64,000 bases of DNA from Promethearchaeia archaeon. GTDB taxonomy: Archaea; Asgardarchaeota; Lokiarchaeia; Sigyniarchaeales; SOKP01. The stretch's first letter is position 1. The number at the start of each line of letters is the position of its first letter. Under the pieces are notes generated by a model, which saw only the letters and a list, made by a program, of their open reading frames with translations, was not told the DNA's origin and made no database searches. A program made the translations under genes and the position numbers. The DNA lies in assembly GCA_029856145.1 (NCBI GenBank), contig JAHQWK010000019.1, positions 86,516 to 150,515 on the forward strand, in the 5' to 3' direction. Positions 32,105 through 42,453 of the stretch are shown here, in pieces.

Positions 32105-33232
32105 TTAACCTCCTCCTTCATCTGCATAATTTGCACCCATACCAGTTTGAAAATTTTTACCATATGTTCTGGCGGCTTTCACAACTGCCATTGCATTATA
32201 CAGAGGTGCATAGGGGGGATATTCACATGATGCCCCAAGAATATACCCAGCTGGTGACTTTCCAAAGACTTCGAGTTGTCTTTTACATTCTTTTATAACT
32301 TCATGAGGATTTGCCCACGCAAGTAATGAAACGCTTAAAAATCCTAAGAAAATTAATTTTTTACCATATTTTTCAACCATTTCCTGTTCAGTTTTTACAC
32401 CATCGGGCAAGAATGCGTTCTGAATTAAGACTGGTCGAAGATGCTCGATTAAAAGATCAAAGTAGGGACCTCGACCACAAGTATGAACCATGTAAAATGC
32501 TCGTTTTTTCCGCACAAAATCAGCAATCTTCTTTTGATAGGGCATATCTAATTCTAACCACATTTCTTTACTCATAAGCTCTCTCTCGGCTAAAACAACG
32601 GGAACCATAATTGTTTGAGCCCCCGACTCAATCTGTTTTTCGATATATTCTATTTGAATATCAGTTATAATTTCTAGTGCATCATGAAGCTTATCTTTAT
32701 GATGTACGAAATCTCTCACGAACTCATTAACATTGCGAAGACGACTTAATAATCCTAATGGGCCAATTGTCATCCCTCCAATCATTAAATCAGGTAGTTC
32801 TTCTTTAATAGTTTTAACAACTTTTATTTGGTTATTCATCCTGTCAGCATGGGACCAATCAAATAATCTCTCTATGTTTTTGTAATCATTAGGCGTTTTG
32901 ATTATTGGATTATATGGATCTGGATAAGCAGCGTTGTCTGGCGGATATATAATTTTAGCTCCAAAACCTTGCGCCTCAACGCAAAGATCTGGCATTGCTG
33001 TAATACCATCATATCCAAAAAGCTGTTGTGCTTCTATTTGACATCTTAAAAATAAATCTGGTTTAGTAGCATATTCTCCATAGTTTAACCTTCTTATTTG
33101 AGCCGCTGCTGCTGAAACAAAGGGAAAGCACGGAACTCTATCAAGTTTCTTTCGCGTTAAAAGACCTGTTATTCTTTCCATTGGAGTCATATATTCTTCG
33201 CATTCTTTTGGCATTTTTTCTATTTTTGACAT
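32105..33232 (-). CDS. MtaA/CmuA-like Zn methyltransferase (UROD family)
   Basis: DLCVEAQGFG, GPLG, HTCG and ASCEYP Zn ligands. Start placed at ATG 33232 behind GAAGTGA; 5 nt from the corrinoid gene. Confidence 0.85.
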   Translation of the reverse strand: MSKIEKMPKECEEYMTPMERITGLLTRKKLDRVPCFPFVSAAAAQIRRLNYGEYATKPDLFLRCQIEAQQLFGYDGITAMPDLCVEAQGFGAKIIYPPDNAAYPDPYNPIIKTPNDYKNIERLFDWSHADRMNNQIKVVKTIKEELPDLMIGGMTIGPLGLLSRLRNVNEFVRDFVHHKDKLHDALEIITDIQIEYIEKQIESGAQTIMVPVVLAERELMSKEMWLELDMPYQKKIADFVRKKRAFYMVHTCGRGPYFDLLIEHLRPVLIQNAFLPDGVKTEQEMVEKYGKKLIFLGFLSVSLLAWANPHEVIKECKRQLEVFGKSPAGYILGASCEYPPYAPLYNAMAVVKAARTYGKNFQTGMGANYADEGGG

Positions 33233-33529
33233 ATATTTCACTTCTTTTCTGAAAAAGGTTTTAAAAACAATATGAATTTTGAAATATTTATAATTAAAAT
33301 AAGGGAATCCCAAGGTTTTAAAACTTTCACCCAAAAGCACGATCTTGTTATAAAATTTTGTTATAAAAATATAGTATATTAACTATTTTCAAGAGAAAAA
33401 ATTTAATTTATTGTCTTCACGTTAAAATTTTTATTTATGTAAAATATTTATAGGATATTGATATTTAGATTTTCAGATTTTATTTAAAAATGTTATTGCA
33501 CCCTAATTTAATGCGACGCAACAAGTAAA

Positions 33530-35659
33530 ATGCATGAAGTAAATTTAGAATTAAAAAAATTGCTAACAGACGACCAAAAGTATATTTTCATCGCTGGGGC
33601 TGGTTGTTCTATTAATTCACCTTCTAATCTTCCAAGTAGTAATGAAATAATGGAAGAAATAATTAAATTTACATGTGCAAAATCAGAAATTGAAAATATT
33701 TCTATATTGGAAGGATTAAGATTTGAAACATTATTAGAAATTATTAGAAATCAATTAGATAATGATTTGAAAATAGTAGAATATTTTGAACAATGCAATA
33801 GACCTAATATTATTCATTTTTTTCTGGCAGAAATGGTAAACAAGGGTCATGCTGTTATTACAACAAATTTTGATTTTTTGATTGAGCATGCCCTAATTCA
33901 ATCTAACATTGGTAAGGATCATATCTTTTCAGTAATAACTGAAAAAGACTATAGAGAATTTAAAAATATTTTAGAAGAATTAGACACTGGGAAAAAATTT
34001 TTATTTAAAATTCATGGATCGATGAAAGATATATTGACTGAAAGGAATACTAAAGAATACTTTCTTTCATTAATTAAAAAAATTGGTTCTTTTAAATCCG
34101 AATTTGATTTGTTTTTTGTTGAACCATATAAAGGAGTTTTACTTAATAAGCTGTTAAATAATGCCATTTTAATTCTGATAGGTTATTCTGGACAAAATGA
34201 TTATGATATAATTCCCATCTTAAAGAAATATCATAAATTAAAAAGAATCCTGTGGGTTAATCATATTACAAACGATCAAGGGAATAATAACATTCTTGAG
34301 ATTGGAAAAAAAAGTAAAAAACCTCCCAAAGATATGGACGACTTAGATAAAATCCTTTTTCAGATCAAGAACCAGAATCCCAATGTTGAATTATTTAGAA
34401 TAAATACAAATTCAATAAAATTTATAAAAAAGATTACAGATATTGAATATGATCTTAATACTAATGACTTTTCTATAGAATTTAGAGATTGGTTACACCA
34501 AAATGTTGAAATTCCTAATATGATGATGAAATATTTGATTCCCCATGTACTGTACTTTAATTTTGATAGATTTGATGATTCTTTCAGATGTGGTATAAGA
34601 GCACTAGAATATATTAATGAGAATGATGATCAAAATCATAAACTCTTAATTTTAAATAATATTGCATGGTTTTACTTTAGAATGGGAAATTATTCTGAAG
34701 CAATTTTAAATTTTGAAGAAGCACTTAAAATTTCTCAGAAATTAGGTTATAAAGATCGAGAAATTATTTATTTAAGTAATTTAGGAGAAATTGATGAGAG
34801 AATAAAGAATTTTCCTAAGGCGCTGCAAAGATACAAGGAAGCAATGAAAATACTGGAAGAAATTGGTAATCTCAGTGAAGAACTTAGAATTATTAATAGC
34901 ATTATTGAAATATATGAAACAATACAAATTTATTCTGAAGCATTATTATACTCTGATAAGGCAATTAAAATTTCTGAAAAATTGGGTGATTTAAAAAAGA
35001 AAGCAATTATATCAAACAATATCGCATCAATTCATCATAAACTTGAAAATCTTAATTTATCTTTAGAATATTTCCAACAATCAGAAAAAATTTTCAGAAG
35101 ATTAAATGATATTAGAAACTTAGCGATATGCTTGAACAATATTGGAACAATTTATCAAAATTTTGGAGATTTTTCGATTGCTTTAGAAAAATTCGAAGAG
35201 GCTTTGGAATATGATGAAAAATTGAAAAATAAAGAAGGAAAAGCTTGGCACTTATCTAAGGTAGGAGAAGTATATTTTAATCAAAAAAACTATATAGAAT
35301 CCTTAAAATATTTTATAGATGCTATTAAAATATCCCAAGAGTTAAAAGATTTTAGAAGTGAAATGAAATTTCACAATTTGCTCGGAAAATCATATTATTA
35401 TTTAAGGGATTATACAAATGCTATGAATTCATTTAATAAAGGGATAAAAATTGCAGAAATGTTTAAAGATTTACCAACAAAGGCAGATTTTCTTAACAAT
35501 ATTGCTGGATGTTATTTTATGCAGTTAAATTATGAAAAGTCTTTAAAATCTGCTGAAGAGTCACTTTTAATTCTTAAATTAATTGGATTGGGAAAATCTA
35601 TAAAAGCAATAACTTTAGAAAAGAAAATAATGAATATGAAAAATCAAATTAAACTATAG
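33530..35659 (+). CDS. SIR2-like domain fused to TPR repeats
   Basis: AGAGCS, ITTNFD, KIHGS and IGYSG motifs, then about 8 TPR-like repeats (LNNIG..Y...G...AL). Confidence 0.88.
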   Translation: MHEVNLELKKLLTDDQKYIFIAGAGCSINSPSNLPSSNEIMEEIIKFTCAKSEIENISILEGLRFETLLEIIRNQLDNDLKIVEYFEQCNRPNIIHFFLAEMVNKGHAVITTNFDFLIEHALIQSNIGKDHIFSVITEKDYREFKNILEELDTGKKFLFKIHGSMKDILTERNTKEYFLSLIKKIGSFKSEFDLFFVEPYKGVLLNKLLNNAILILIGYSGQNDYDIIPILKKYHKLKRILWVNHITNDQGNNNILEIGKKSKKPPKDMDDLDKILFQIKNQNPNVELFRINTNSIKFIKKITDIEYDLNTNDFSIEFRDWLHQNVEIPNMMMKYLIPHVLYFNFDRFDDSFRCGIRALEYINENDDQNHKLLILNNIAWFYFRMGNYSEAILNFEEALKISQKLGYKDREIIYLSNLGEIDERIKNFPKALQRYKEAMKILEEIGNLSEELRIINSIIEIYETIQIYSEALLYSDKAIKISEKLGDLKKKAIISNNIASIHHKLENLNLSLEYFQQSEKIFRRLNDIRNLAICLNNIGTIYQNFGDFSIALEKFEEALEYDEKLKNKEGKAWHLSKVGEVYFNQKNYIESLKYFIDAIKISQELKDFRSEMKFHNLLGKSYYYLRDYTNAMNSFNKGIKIAEMFKDLPTKADFLNNIAGCYFMQLNYEKSLKSAEESLLILKLIGLGKSIKAITLEKKIMNMKNQIKL

Positions 35660-36994
35660 CTCTTTCATTGTTATATCTCGCTCAATTTTTACCTTTATAT
35701 TATGTGGGTCATCGATATGTATTATATTTATTGGAGTCATTTCTCTTTTACCAAGTAAATATGCAGGTTCTTCAGTTAGCTGTTTTTCTTCTTTAGAAAT
35801 AATTTTTCTCACAAATACATCTGGAAAAACAGGTGTTGAATAGCAATAATGGCAAAAGGTCCTTTTTTTCGCGAGTTCGAGAATTTCTATGAGTTCTTCA
35901 TCTGGAACATTACTCTCAACCTTTAATTCAATTTCGAAATTATCAATCATAGAGACACCATCTTCAATACCAAATCCCGTGGTTAAATCTATACACATTT
36001 TTGAATGAGTTTCTAATTTCTTAAGTTCAATACCGTGTAAACCCGCTAAAGTTGCAAAGTGTGTAGCAAAATCACCACTAAAACCTGCAATACAGAGCGC
36101 TACGGGATGAAAAGATGTTCCACCACCACCTAATATTATGGTTTCATCAGTTTGAACTGTTATTTCTCCTGCTGTTTCTGTGGGTAACTTAATTTCGAAT
36201 TGGGGGCCATATTCTACATTTAATCTCCAGCGGCCTTCCGCTTCAATAAATCTTTTACATAACGAGCGATTTTGTTTGAATACCTCAACAGTATCTTTAT
36301 ATGTTTCTAAATTTATTCTATTGAGTATTTTTTTACCTTTTATATTTGAATTATTATGATAAAGGGATGGTTTTCCATCATTTTTTAAAATAATTTTAGG
36401 GATGGTTGAGGTTGCTATACAATAATAACAAAAACAACGCCTTTTTGTAATATCTGAAATTCTATATAATTCTTCATAACTGGCATCACTTTCAATAAAT
36501 AATTCAATTTGGTAATGATCAACTATGGGTATGTTTTCTTCAATATTTAATACTGAAGAGAAATCTAAATCACCCTTAACTCTTATCATTAACTTTTTTA
36601 ATTCAATCCCTTCCATTGCTGCCCATTTTGCATATGCTGCACAATAACATCCACAAAATCCTGCCATACATAAAGATATTGGATGGAGTGCTGTACCTCC
36701 TCCTCCAAAAAGAGTTAACTCATCCATTTGCACTGTGATTTCTCCTGCTCTTTCAGTTTTTAACCTTGTTTCAAATTGTGGCCCATATTCCAAATCTAAT
36801 CGCCATATGCCTTTTACTTCCAAAGTTTTTTTGCAAAGACTGCGATCTTTCATATATTGATCCACAACCTCTCTAAATCCTTTTAAATCAATGCGATTTA
36901 ATAATATATGCTTTGGTACAGCGAGATCATTTACCTTTTCTTCTATTCTATCAGCAAGTTTCTTCAGAACATCTGTAAAATTTCCAAATCCCAT
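35654..36994 (-). CDS. Tandem double OsmC-like domain protein
   Basis: Two internal repeats sharing WRL..EYGPQFE, DE...GGGGT..HP..LC.AGF and GIELKKL. Confidence 0.78.
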   Translation of the reverse strand: MGFGNFTDVLKKLADRIEEKVNDLAVPKHILLNRIDLKGFREVVDQYMKDRSLCKKTLEVKGIWRLDLEYGPQFETRLKTERAGEITVQMDELTLFGGGGTALHPISLCMAGFCGCYCAAYAKWAAMEGIELKKLMIRVKGDLDFSSVLNIEENIPIVDHYQIELFIESDASYEELYRISDITKRRCFCYYCIATSTIPKIILKNDGKPSLYHNNSNIKGKKILNRINLETYKDTVEVFKQNRSLCKRFIEAEGRWRLNVEYGPQFEIKLPTETAGEITVQTDETIILGGGGTSFHPVALCIAGFSGDFATHFATLAGLHGIELKKLETHSKMCIDLTTGFGIEDGVSMIDNFEIELKVESNVPDEELIEILELAKKRTFCHYCYSTPVFPDVFVRKIISKEEKQLTEEPAYLLGKREMTPINIIHIDDPHNIKVKIERDITMKEL

Positions 36995-37162
36995 GATAGC
37001 TTTTATGAAATAGTTAAGTTTTTAAAAATATAATAATATAATCTTATTTGATACCTTAAATATGAAAGAACAATTATTTCAATCTTTTGTATCAAAAATG
37101 TAAAGATAAAAAATATCTAAGAATAAATAAAAAAAAATAAATTGAATTTTAATTGAAGGTTT

Positions 37163-37561
37163 TTATATATCGCTCATCCTAAAATATAAATCTATTTTAT
37201 GCTGGAAATCTTCAAAAAAAGATATATCTCCATTCCACTTTATAATATCTTCAATTGAAAACATTTTTTCAAACATAGTACCAATCACCGAGCAAATTTT
37301 TTGAATTTTTTTCTTATTCGCATCTAATGGTGATCTACATACTAATACAAGTTGGTTTTCCAGGCAATGAATACAAGAATATTTATTGTTACCAATATTG
37401 AATCCTTTCAATTCTCTTCCTGAAACTTTTTGACTGAATGTTTTTATCGCAGAAATAAAGAATCCTAAGAAAGTTTTCTCAACATTCTTTTCTCTTGAAA
37501 AATCAACTATAGGAACACCTGCCTTAGAAAAAACCCAAAGCTCATCAAGTAATGGAGACAT
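37163..37561 (-). CDS. Longin/roadblock-like small protein
   Basis: ELWVFSKAGVPI ... FISAIKTFS ... F...F ... WNGDISFFEDF pattern. Confidence 0.7.
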   Translation of the reverse strand: MSPLLDELWVFSKAGVPIVDFSREKNVEKTFLGFFISAIKTFSQKVSGRELKGFNIGNNKYSCIHCLENQLVLVCRSPLDANKKKIQKICSVIGTMFEKMFSIEDIIKWNGDISFFEDFQHKIDLYFRMSDI

Positions 37562-37592
37562 ATTTTAATTATAATTTTTTTCGATTTATATT

Positions 37593-37925
37593 TTATTTTT
37601 TAGAACTGGAGCCCATAAGAATTTCTTTATAGGTCTTATAGCTAAGATTAACAATTATTAAAACAAATAATCCGCCGAAGATGTAAACAATTGCAACCAT
37701 AATGTTGGTAATTGCCGTCATTTCAAGAGCTAAAAATATGATGTTAAAAATATATCCACCTAAAAACAAAACAATCAATATTTGTATCATTACCCATTTT
37801 TTAACTAATTTTGTTGCAGGAAATAACTCTTTTATTCTAATGACAATCAGTAGACTAAAAATGAAAAATATTATTCCTCCAATCGAACAGAACAAACTAA
37901 AATAGAAATTCAAATCTAAAACCAT
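37593..37925 (-). CDS. Small 3-TM membrane protein
   Basis: Three hydrophobic segments; lies between the two longin-like genes. Confidence 0.7.
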   Translation of the reverse strand: MVLDLNFYFSLFCSIGGIIFFIFSLLIVIRIKELFPATKLVKKWVMIQILIVLFLGGYIFNIIFLALEMTAITNIMVAIVYIFGGLFVLIIVNLSYKTYKEILMGSSSKK

Positions 37926-38053
37926 AATAATACCCTCATTTGTATAATTATTTATTTATTAATTTTGAATATTTTCTAATTGTTTTTATCTGTATATAAC
38001 TTTTTTCTTATAGTAATCTTCAAAATGGTAAGTATATTTTTAATATTAATGAT

Positions 38054-38446
38054 TTAATCAATTAAATACTTAATTTCTGAAAGGAATCTCTGTTCACTAT
38101 TTGAAAACACGCTTCTATTTCCCTCAAAATCTTCTATCAGGATTTTAGGATAAATCTCAAAAAATCTCTTAGATACAATATCTAATTCTTCATTTACTTT
38201 ATCCTCTTTAACATTACTATCACAACATGCTAAAAATATAATTTCTTCTTTTTTCTTTATTGTTATTAATTTGTCCCCCCATTCTATATTTGATAATTCT
38301 CCATCTGCTATGTGTTTAGTTAGCGCATTAAAAGCAACTAAAACTTGTCCAAAGAATTCAGAACAAAACTCTTGATCATTTATACGGTCAAACAAAATAT
38401 TGTTCTTTTTATCTAAAATAGCAAAATTTTCAAATAATTTTCCCAG
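38054..38446 (-). CDS. Longin/roadblock-like small protein (probable CTG start)
   Basis: Frame is open upstream of the TTG at 38395 to CTG 38446, adding GKLFENFAILDKKNNI (first strands) behind AGGCGA; paralogous to 37163-37561. Confidence 0.65.
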   Translation of the reverse strand: MGKLFENFAILDKKNNILFDRINDQEFCSEFFGQVLVAFNALTKHIADGELSNIEWGDKLITIKKKEEIIFLACCDSNVKEDKVNEELDIVSKRFFEIYPKILIEDFEGNRSVFSNSEQRFLSEIKYLID

Positions 38447-38874
38447 TGAAATCGCCTACTAAATATTTTCTTTAAAATGCAATTTTTGTTAAATAAATAT
38501 TGATAATTCTTATTAAAATACTTATTAAAATCGTATTAATGAAATTATTTATTTGTATGTTCTCTCTAATCAATAATCATAAATTTAGATTATTTTTAAT
38601 TTCCAGTCAAAATTGTCAATTTATTGAAAGACAAATAATTTGATATTTATTCTTTTATTTTTTATTATATTTTCCATTGAAAGAAGGTAAATTAATAAAT
38701 ACTAATTAAATTTATTTATTCAAATATAAATTGATTAAAATTGAATAAAATTAACTAAAATAAAAAATAATAGTTAAATCTTAAGAATATTTTTATAATA
38801 AAACTCAAAAAGCTTTATCAATTTTTAAAATTCTAAAACTCACGGATAATTAAATAATTTTGAGGTGAAATTCT

Positions 38875-39567
38875 ATTAGTATTGATTGGCTTAAAGTAGA
38901 AGAAGAACCAGAAAGAACTTTTAAAGTAGAAGGTAGGTTTCTCTTAGATCTCTATGCAAAGACTAATGATTTAGAAAAAAGTATAATGAATTATAGGGAA
39001 ACAGCGAGAAAAGCCATTGAAGATTTTGAAGAAGCCAAAACAGAATTAACAGAATTAGATAAATTAAAAGAGGAATTACCCGTTGTTAACAAGAATCTTG
39101 ATGAATTAAAGGGAAAAAATAGAAAATTAGAAGATGATTTAAATAATAATCAGCAAATTATCAATGAATTAGAAGCAAAGTTGAAAGAATCAGAAACTAA
39201 AATAAAAAGTTTAGAAATTGAATTTAAAAATCAAAAAAACCATAGTGTTAATAAGGAAAAGGAGTTAGAATCATTGAAAAATGATTTAGAAGCTAAAATT
39301 GCGAAAAATCAAGAAAAACTTGATTTAGCTGAAAACAATTTAGCTAAGAAGGCTAAGGAAAATGAAAGTATTAAGGCGGAATATGAGGAAAAAATTGAAG
39401 ATACTAAAAAAAAACTTGTAGATTTAGAATCCAGAAATCGAACATTGGAAGCTCAGATTTTAGATGCTGTTAGATTACCTAAAATATTAAAAGATATTAG
39501 AAATATATTGGTACATAAAGGTTTTATCTCAGAAAAAGAATTTGAAGATATTATGAAACAAAAATAA
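38875..39567 (+). CDS. Coiled-coil protein (probable ATT start)
   Basis: GAGGTGA at 38862-38868, 6 nt before an in-frame ATT that adds SIDWLKVEEEPERTFKVEGRFLLDLY; long heptad region ending HKGFISEKEFE. Confidence 0.7.
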   Translation: MSIDWLKVEEEPERTFKVEGRFLLDLYAKTNDLEKSIMNYRETARKAIEDFEEAKTELTELDKLKEELPVVNKNLDELKGKNRKLEDDLNNNQQIINELEAKLKESETKIKSLEIEFKNQKNHSVNKEKELESLKNDLEAKIAKNQEKLDLAENNLAKKAKENESIKAEYEEKIEDTKKKLVDLESRNRTLEAQILDAVRLPKILKDIRNILVHKGFISEKEFEDIMKQK

Positions 39568-39858
39568 TAAAATTAAAGAAAAAAATTATTGGTATTTCAA
39601 TACGATTTAATAATTTTTCTGATAGGCTTATAAAATCCTATTTTTCTAGTTTTTTTAAAAAAGATATGATTAGGTATTTTGAAATATTGATTTTATCTCT
39701 ATTAATCCCCTCAACCTATTATTCATTTTGGTATTTAAAAAGATATATATAAAACTTCTAATACTACTGATTTAAGAGAGATAAAAAAGTATTTTAGCCC
39801 TCGAAAGAGGTTTAATTTTTATTTAGATTTTTTTCAGATCTTTAAATTTGAAGAAGGG

Positions 39859-41298
39859 ATGGGTATTAAAATAAATAACTCTAAGAATATTAAAGAAGAT
39901 GATGATAACGACATCGTAAATTTAAAGGAAGAAACCAAGTTCCTGTTAAAAAAATTAAAGTTAGCATTATTTCTTTCAATTATAATAATTCTAATGATCT
40001 ATACTTTAATTGATGTTTATGTTCATCATGGGGGGGATTTACAGAAAACAATTTTTACATTAAATTTTCACGAATTTTGGACATATCTAATTATATTGAC
40101 TTTCTTGGTCTTTATTTACATTTTTGGTTATTTTATTATTAAGAAACTAGTTTCTCTTGATCATATAATTAAAGAATCCGAAGAACGATATTTAAGGTTA
40201 ATAACTGGAGCATACGATTTATTTACAAGTATTCAAGATGGAATTGTCGTACTTGATAAGCATTTCAATATTATTCACGTGAATCCTACTATTGAAAAAT
40301 GGTATTCTCATAAAAATCAAATTATTGGGAAAAAATGTTATGAAATCTATGAAAATCGATGTGAAATATGTGAAGACTGTCCAAATTTAAGCTTAATCGA
40401 AGATAATATCATTAAGAGTAAAATTCATCTTACTTATGATAAAAATAATAATCAAAATGGTTGGTTAGAAGTATACTCTTTTCCTCTATTTTATCAGAAT
40501 ACTTCTAAACTGGTTGGATTCATTAATTATTGTAAAGATAAAACTGAATATATTAAAGCACAACAATTGATTATTGAGGAAAATAAAAAATTATTAGAAC
40601 TTAATCAATCCAGAAAAAATATGATTACAAGGGTTTCCCATGAATTCAAAACACCATTAAACTCTATTCAAAGTGCAACCCAACACATTCTCACTAATTA
40701 TAGTGATCTAATAGATCCTAAAATCTCTCAATTTTTTGATATAATTCACAAAGGAGGATTAAGACTAACAGCATTAGTTGAAAATATTTTAGATATCTCA
40801 ATGATAGAATCGGGAAAATTTATATTGAATAAAGAAAAAATAAATATTTGCGAAACTGTTCACAAGTGCATTGATGAGATTATCCTTTTAGCCATTAAAC
40901 GTAATTTAACTTTTAAATCAAATTTATCTAATACATTTTTTTTAGAAATTGATCCTATTAGAATAGAACAAGTAATTTTAAACTTATTATCAAATGCTAT
41001 TAAAAATACTCCTCCAGAAGGGGAGATCTACATCAATATTTTTGATAAAAATAATCATGTTGATTTAGAAATTAAAGATACTGGTATAGGCCTAAAAAAA
41101 GAAGAAATAAATCAATTATTCCTTCCGTTTGGCAAGATTGAACGGTATGGAAAAAATTTAAATGTAGATATTGAAGGCACAGGGATTGGACTCTACTTAT
41201 CGAAAGAAATTGTTGAGTTACATGGTGGAAAGATTTTAGTAGAATCTCAAGGGAGGGATCAAGGCTCCACTTTCACTATAAGACTTTATAGAAATTGA
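39859..41298 (+). CDS. Membrane PAS sensor histidine kinase
   Basis: Two TM segments, a Cys-rich PAS (CYEIYENRCEICEDC), H-box SHEFKTPL, NLLSNAIK, DTGIG and GTGIGL. Confidence 0.93.
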   Translation: MGIKINNSKNIKEDDDNDIVNLKEETKFLLKKLKLALFLSIIIILMIYTLIDVYVHHGGDLQKTIFTLNFHEFWTYLIILTFLVFIYIFGYFIIKKLVSLDHIIKESEERYLRLITGAYDLFTSIQDGIVVLDKHFNIIHVNPTIEKWYSHKNQIIGKKCYEIYENRCEICEDCPNLSLIEDNIIKSKIHLTYDKNNNQNGWLEVYSFPLFYQNTSKLVGFINYCKDKTEYIKAQQLIIEENKKLLELNQSRKNMITRVSHEFKTPLNSIQSATQHILTNYSDLIDPKISQFFDIIHKGGLRLTALVENILDISMIESGKFILNKEKINICETVHKCIDEIILLAIKRNLTFKSNLSNTFFLEIDPIRIEQVILNLLSNAIKNTPPEGEIYINIFDKNNHVDLEIKDTGIGLKKEEINQLFLPFGKIERYGKNLNVDIEGTGIGLYLSKEIVELHGGKILVESQGRDQGSTFTIRLYRN

Positions 41299-41299
41299 C

Positions 41300-42034
41300 T
41301 TATAATAGATTAAACAATTTTTCAAATTCTAAAAAATTAAAAGGTTTTAAAAAATATCCATCTGCCATTGTTTCCTTAATTTTTGCTCTAACTTCATTTC
41401 CAGGAACAGCAGTTATATAAAATACATAAATATCTTTATATCTATCGTCTAACTTTATTTTCCTACAAATCTCATAACCATTAACGTCGGGGAGAAGAAT
41501 ATCTAGTAGAATTAATTTAGGGCGATATACTTCTAATTCTTTAAATGTTTCTGAACCTGATACAACATCTTTACAAGTAAATCCTTTTATCTGAAAAAAA
41601 TCAAGTAAAACCTTATTTGTAGAAACATCATCATCAACTAATAATATATCATACTCAACGCTCTCTTGTTGATAATCACCTAGAGTATTTGCTATAATTC
41701 CTTCAAGAATTAAGCTTTGATCATACACTTCTTTTATTTTAGATAAAATACCCCAATCTAATTTACTCTTATAATTTTCAATTAACAAATGTGAGAATCC
41801 CTTAATAGCAGTTAAAGGTTGTTTTAAATTATGCGATAATTTTGAAATTGTTGTCACCGGACTTGGTCTTAAACTAGACTCAATATACGATTCAACAGAT
41901 TTTCTGATTAATTTCGATAAAGTGGAATAATTTTTATTTTTACTAAAATCCAACCATCTGTTCTTTGTATCCTCAGATACTAAAATTGTAATCCGTTCTT
42001 TTTCTTGTTTATCTTTATTATTTTTTTTTGCCAT
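41300..42034 (-). CDS. Response regulator with RHH, HisKA-like and REC domains
   Basis: RITILVSE...STLSKLIRKSV (RHH), SHNLKQPL (H-box), LLVDDD / LLDILLP / KPF (REC). Confidence 0.85.
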   Translation of the reverse strand: MAKKNNKDKQEKERITILVSEDTKNRWLDFSKNKNYSTLSKLIRKSVESYIESSLRPSPVTTISKLSHNLKQPLTAIKGFSHLLIENYKSKLDWGILSKIKEVYDQSLILEGIIANTLGDYQQESVEYDILLVDDDVSTNKVLLDFFQIKGFTCKDVVSGSETFKELEVYRPKLILLDILLPDVNGYEICRKIKLDDRYKDIYVFYITAVPGNEVRAKIKETMADGYFLKPFNFLEFEKLFNLL

Positions 42035-42295
42035 TCCTTTACTTCCCCTTTACAATTTAGAATTTATGTATTATATTTCTAGTTTTTCTAATTTTTTAGG
42101 AATTTTAGAATAAAAATTTGAAGATTATTATAATTTTAAGAAACCTTAATTTACAAAATTATTAAACCTATATTTAAATTTATTTTAAACCATACAAAAA
42201 AAGACATATTGCATATAACCAGTAATTATTTTGAAGATTTTAAGGATATAAACTTCAAATACCAGATTGTAAGAAAAAGTACAATACTTTTATTA

Positions 42296-42338
42296 AAAAA
42301 TAGGGGGTTTATCTTTAAGATAAGTTCCCCCTATTTTT
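42296..42338. terminator. Strong inverted repeat, likely terminator of the MCP gene
   Basis: AAAAATAGGGGG...CCCCCTATTTTT arms with an inner TTATCTT-T-AAGATAA; followed by a T-run on both strands. Confidence 0.6.
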
Positions 42339-42453
42339 GGAAGGGATTTTTAGGATTTGCTTTATTATTATTTACATAAAATTTTATTTATTCTATATCC
42401 ATTCTGATAATATTTAAAAAATATAAAAAAAAATTGATTTTTTTACCACCTAA

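Noticed and set aside
33345-33368. Direct repeat TTGTTATAAAA x2 upstream of the MT2 gene
   Set aside because: Low complexity in an AT-rich spacer; not distinguishable from TATA-like background.
39794-39815. CCTC-GAAA-GAGG tetraloop hairpin upstream of the histidine kinase
   Set aside because: Only a 4-bp core stem, and the flanks do not match any riboswitch consensus I know.
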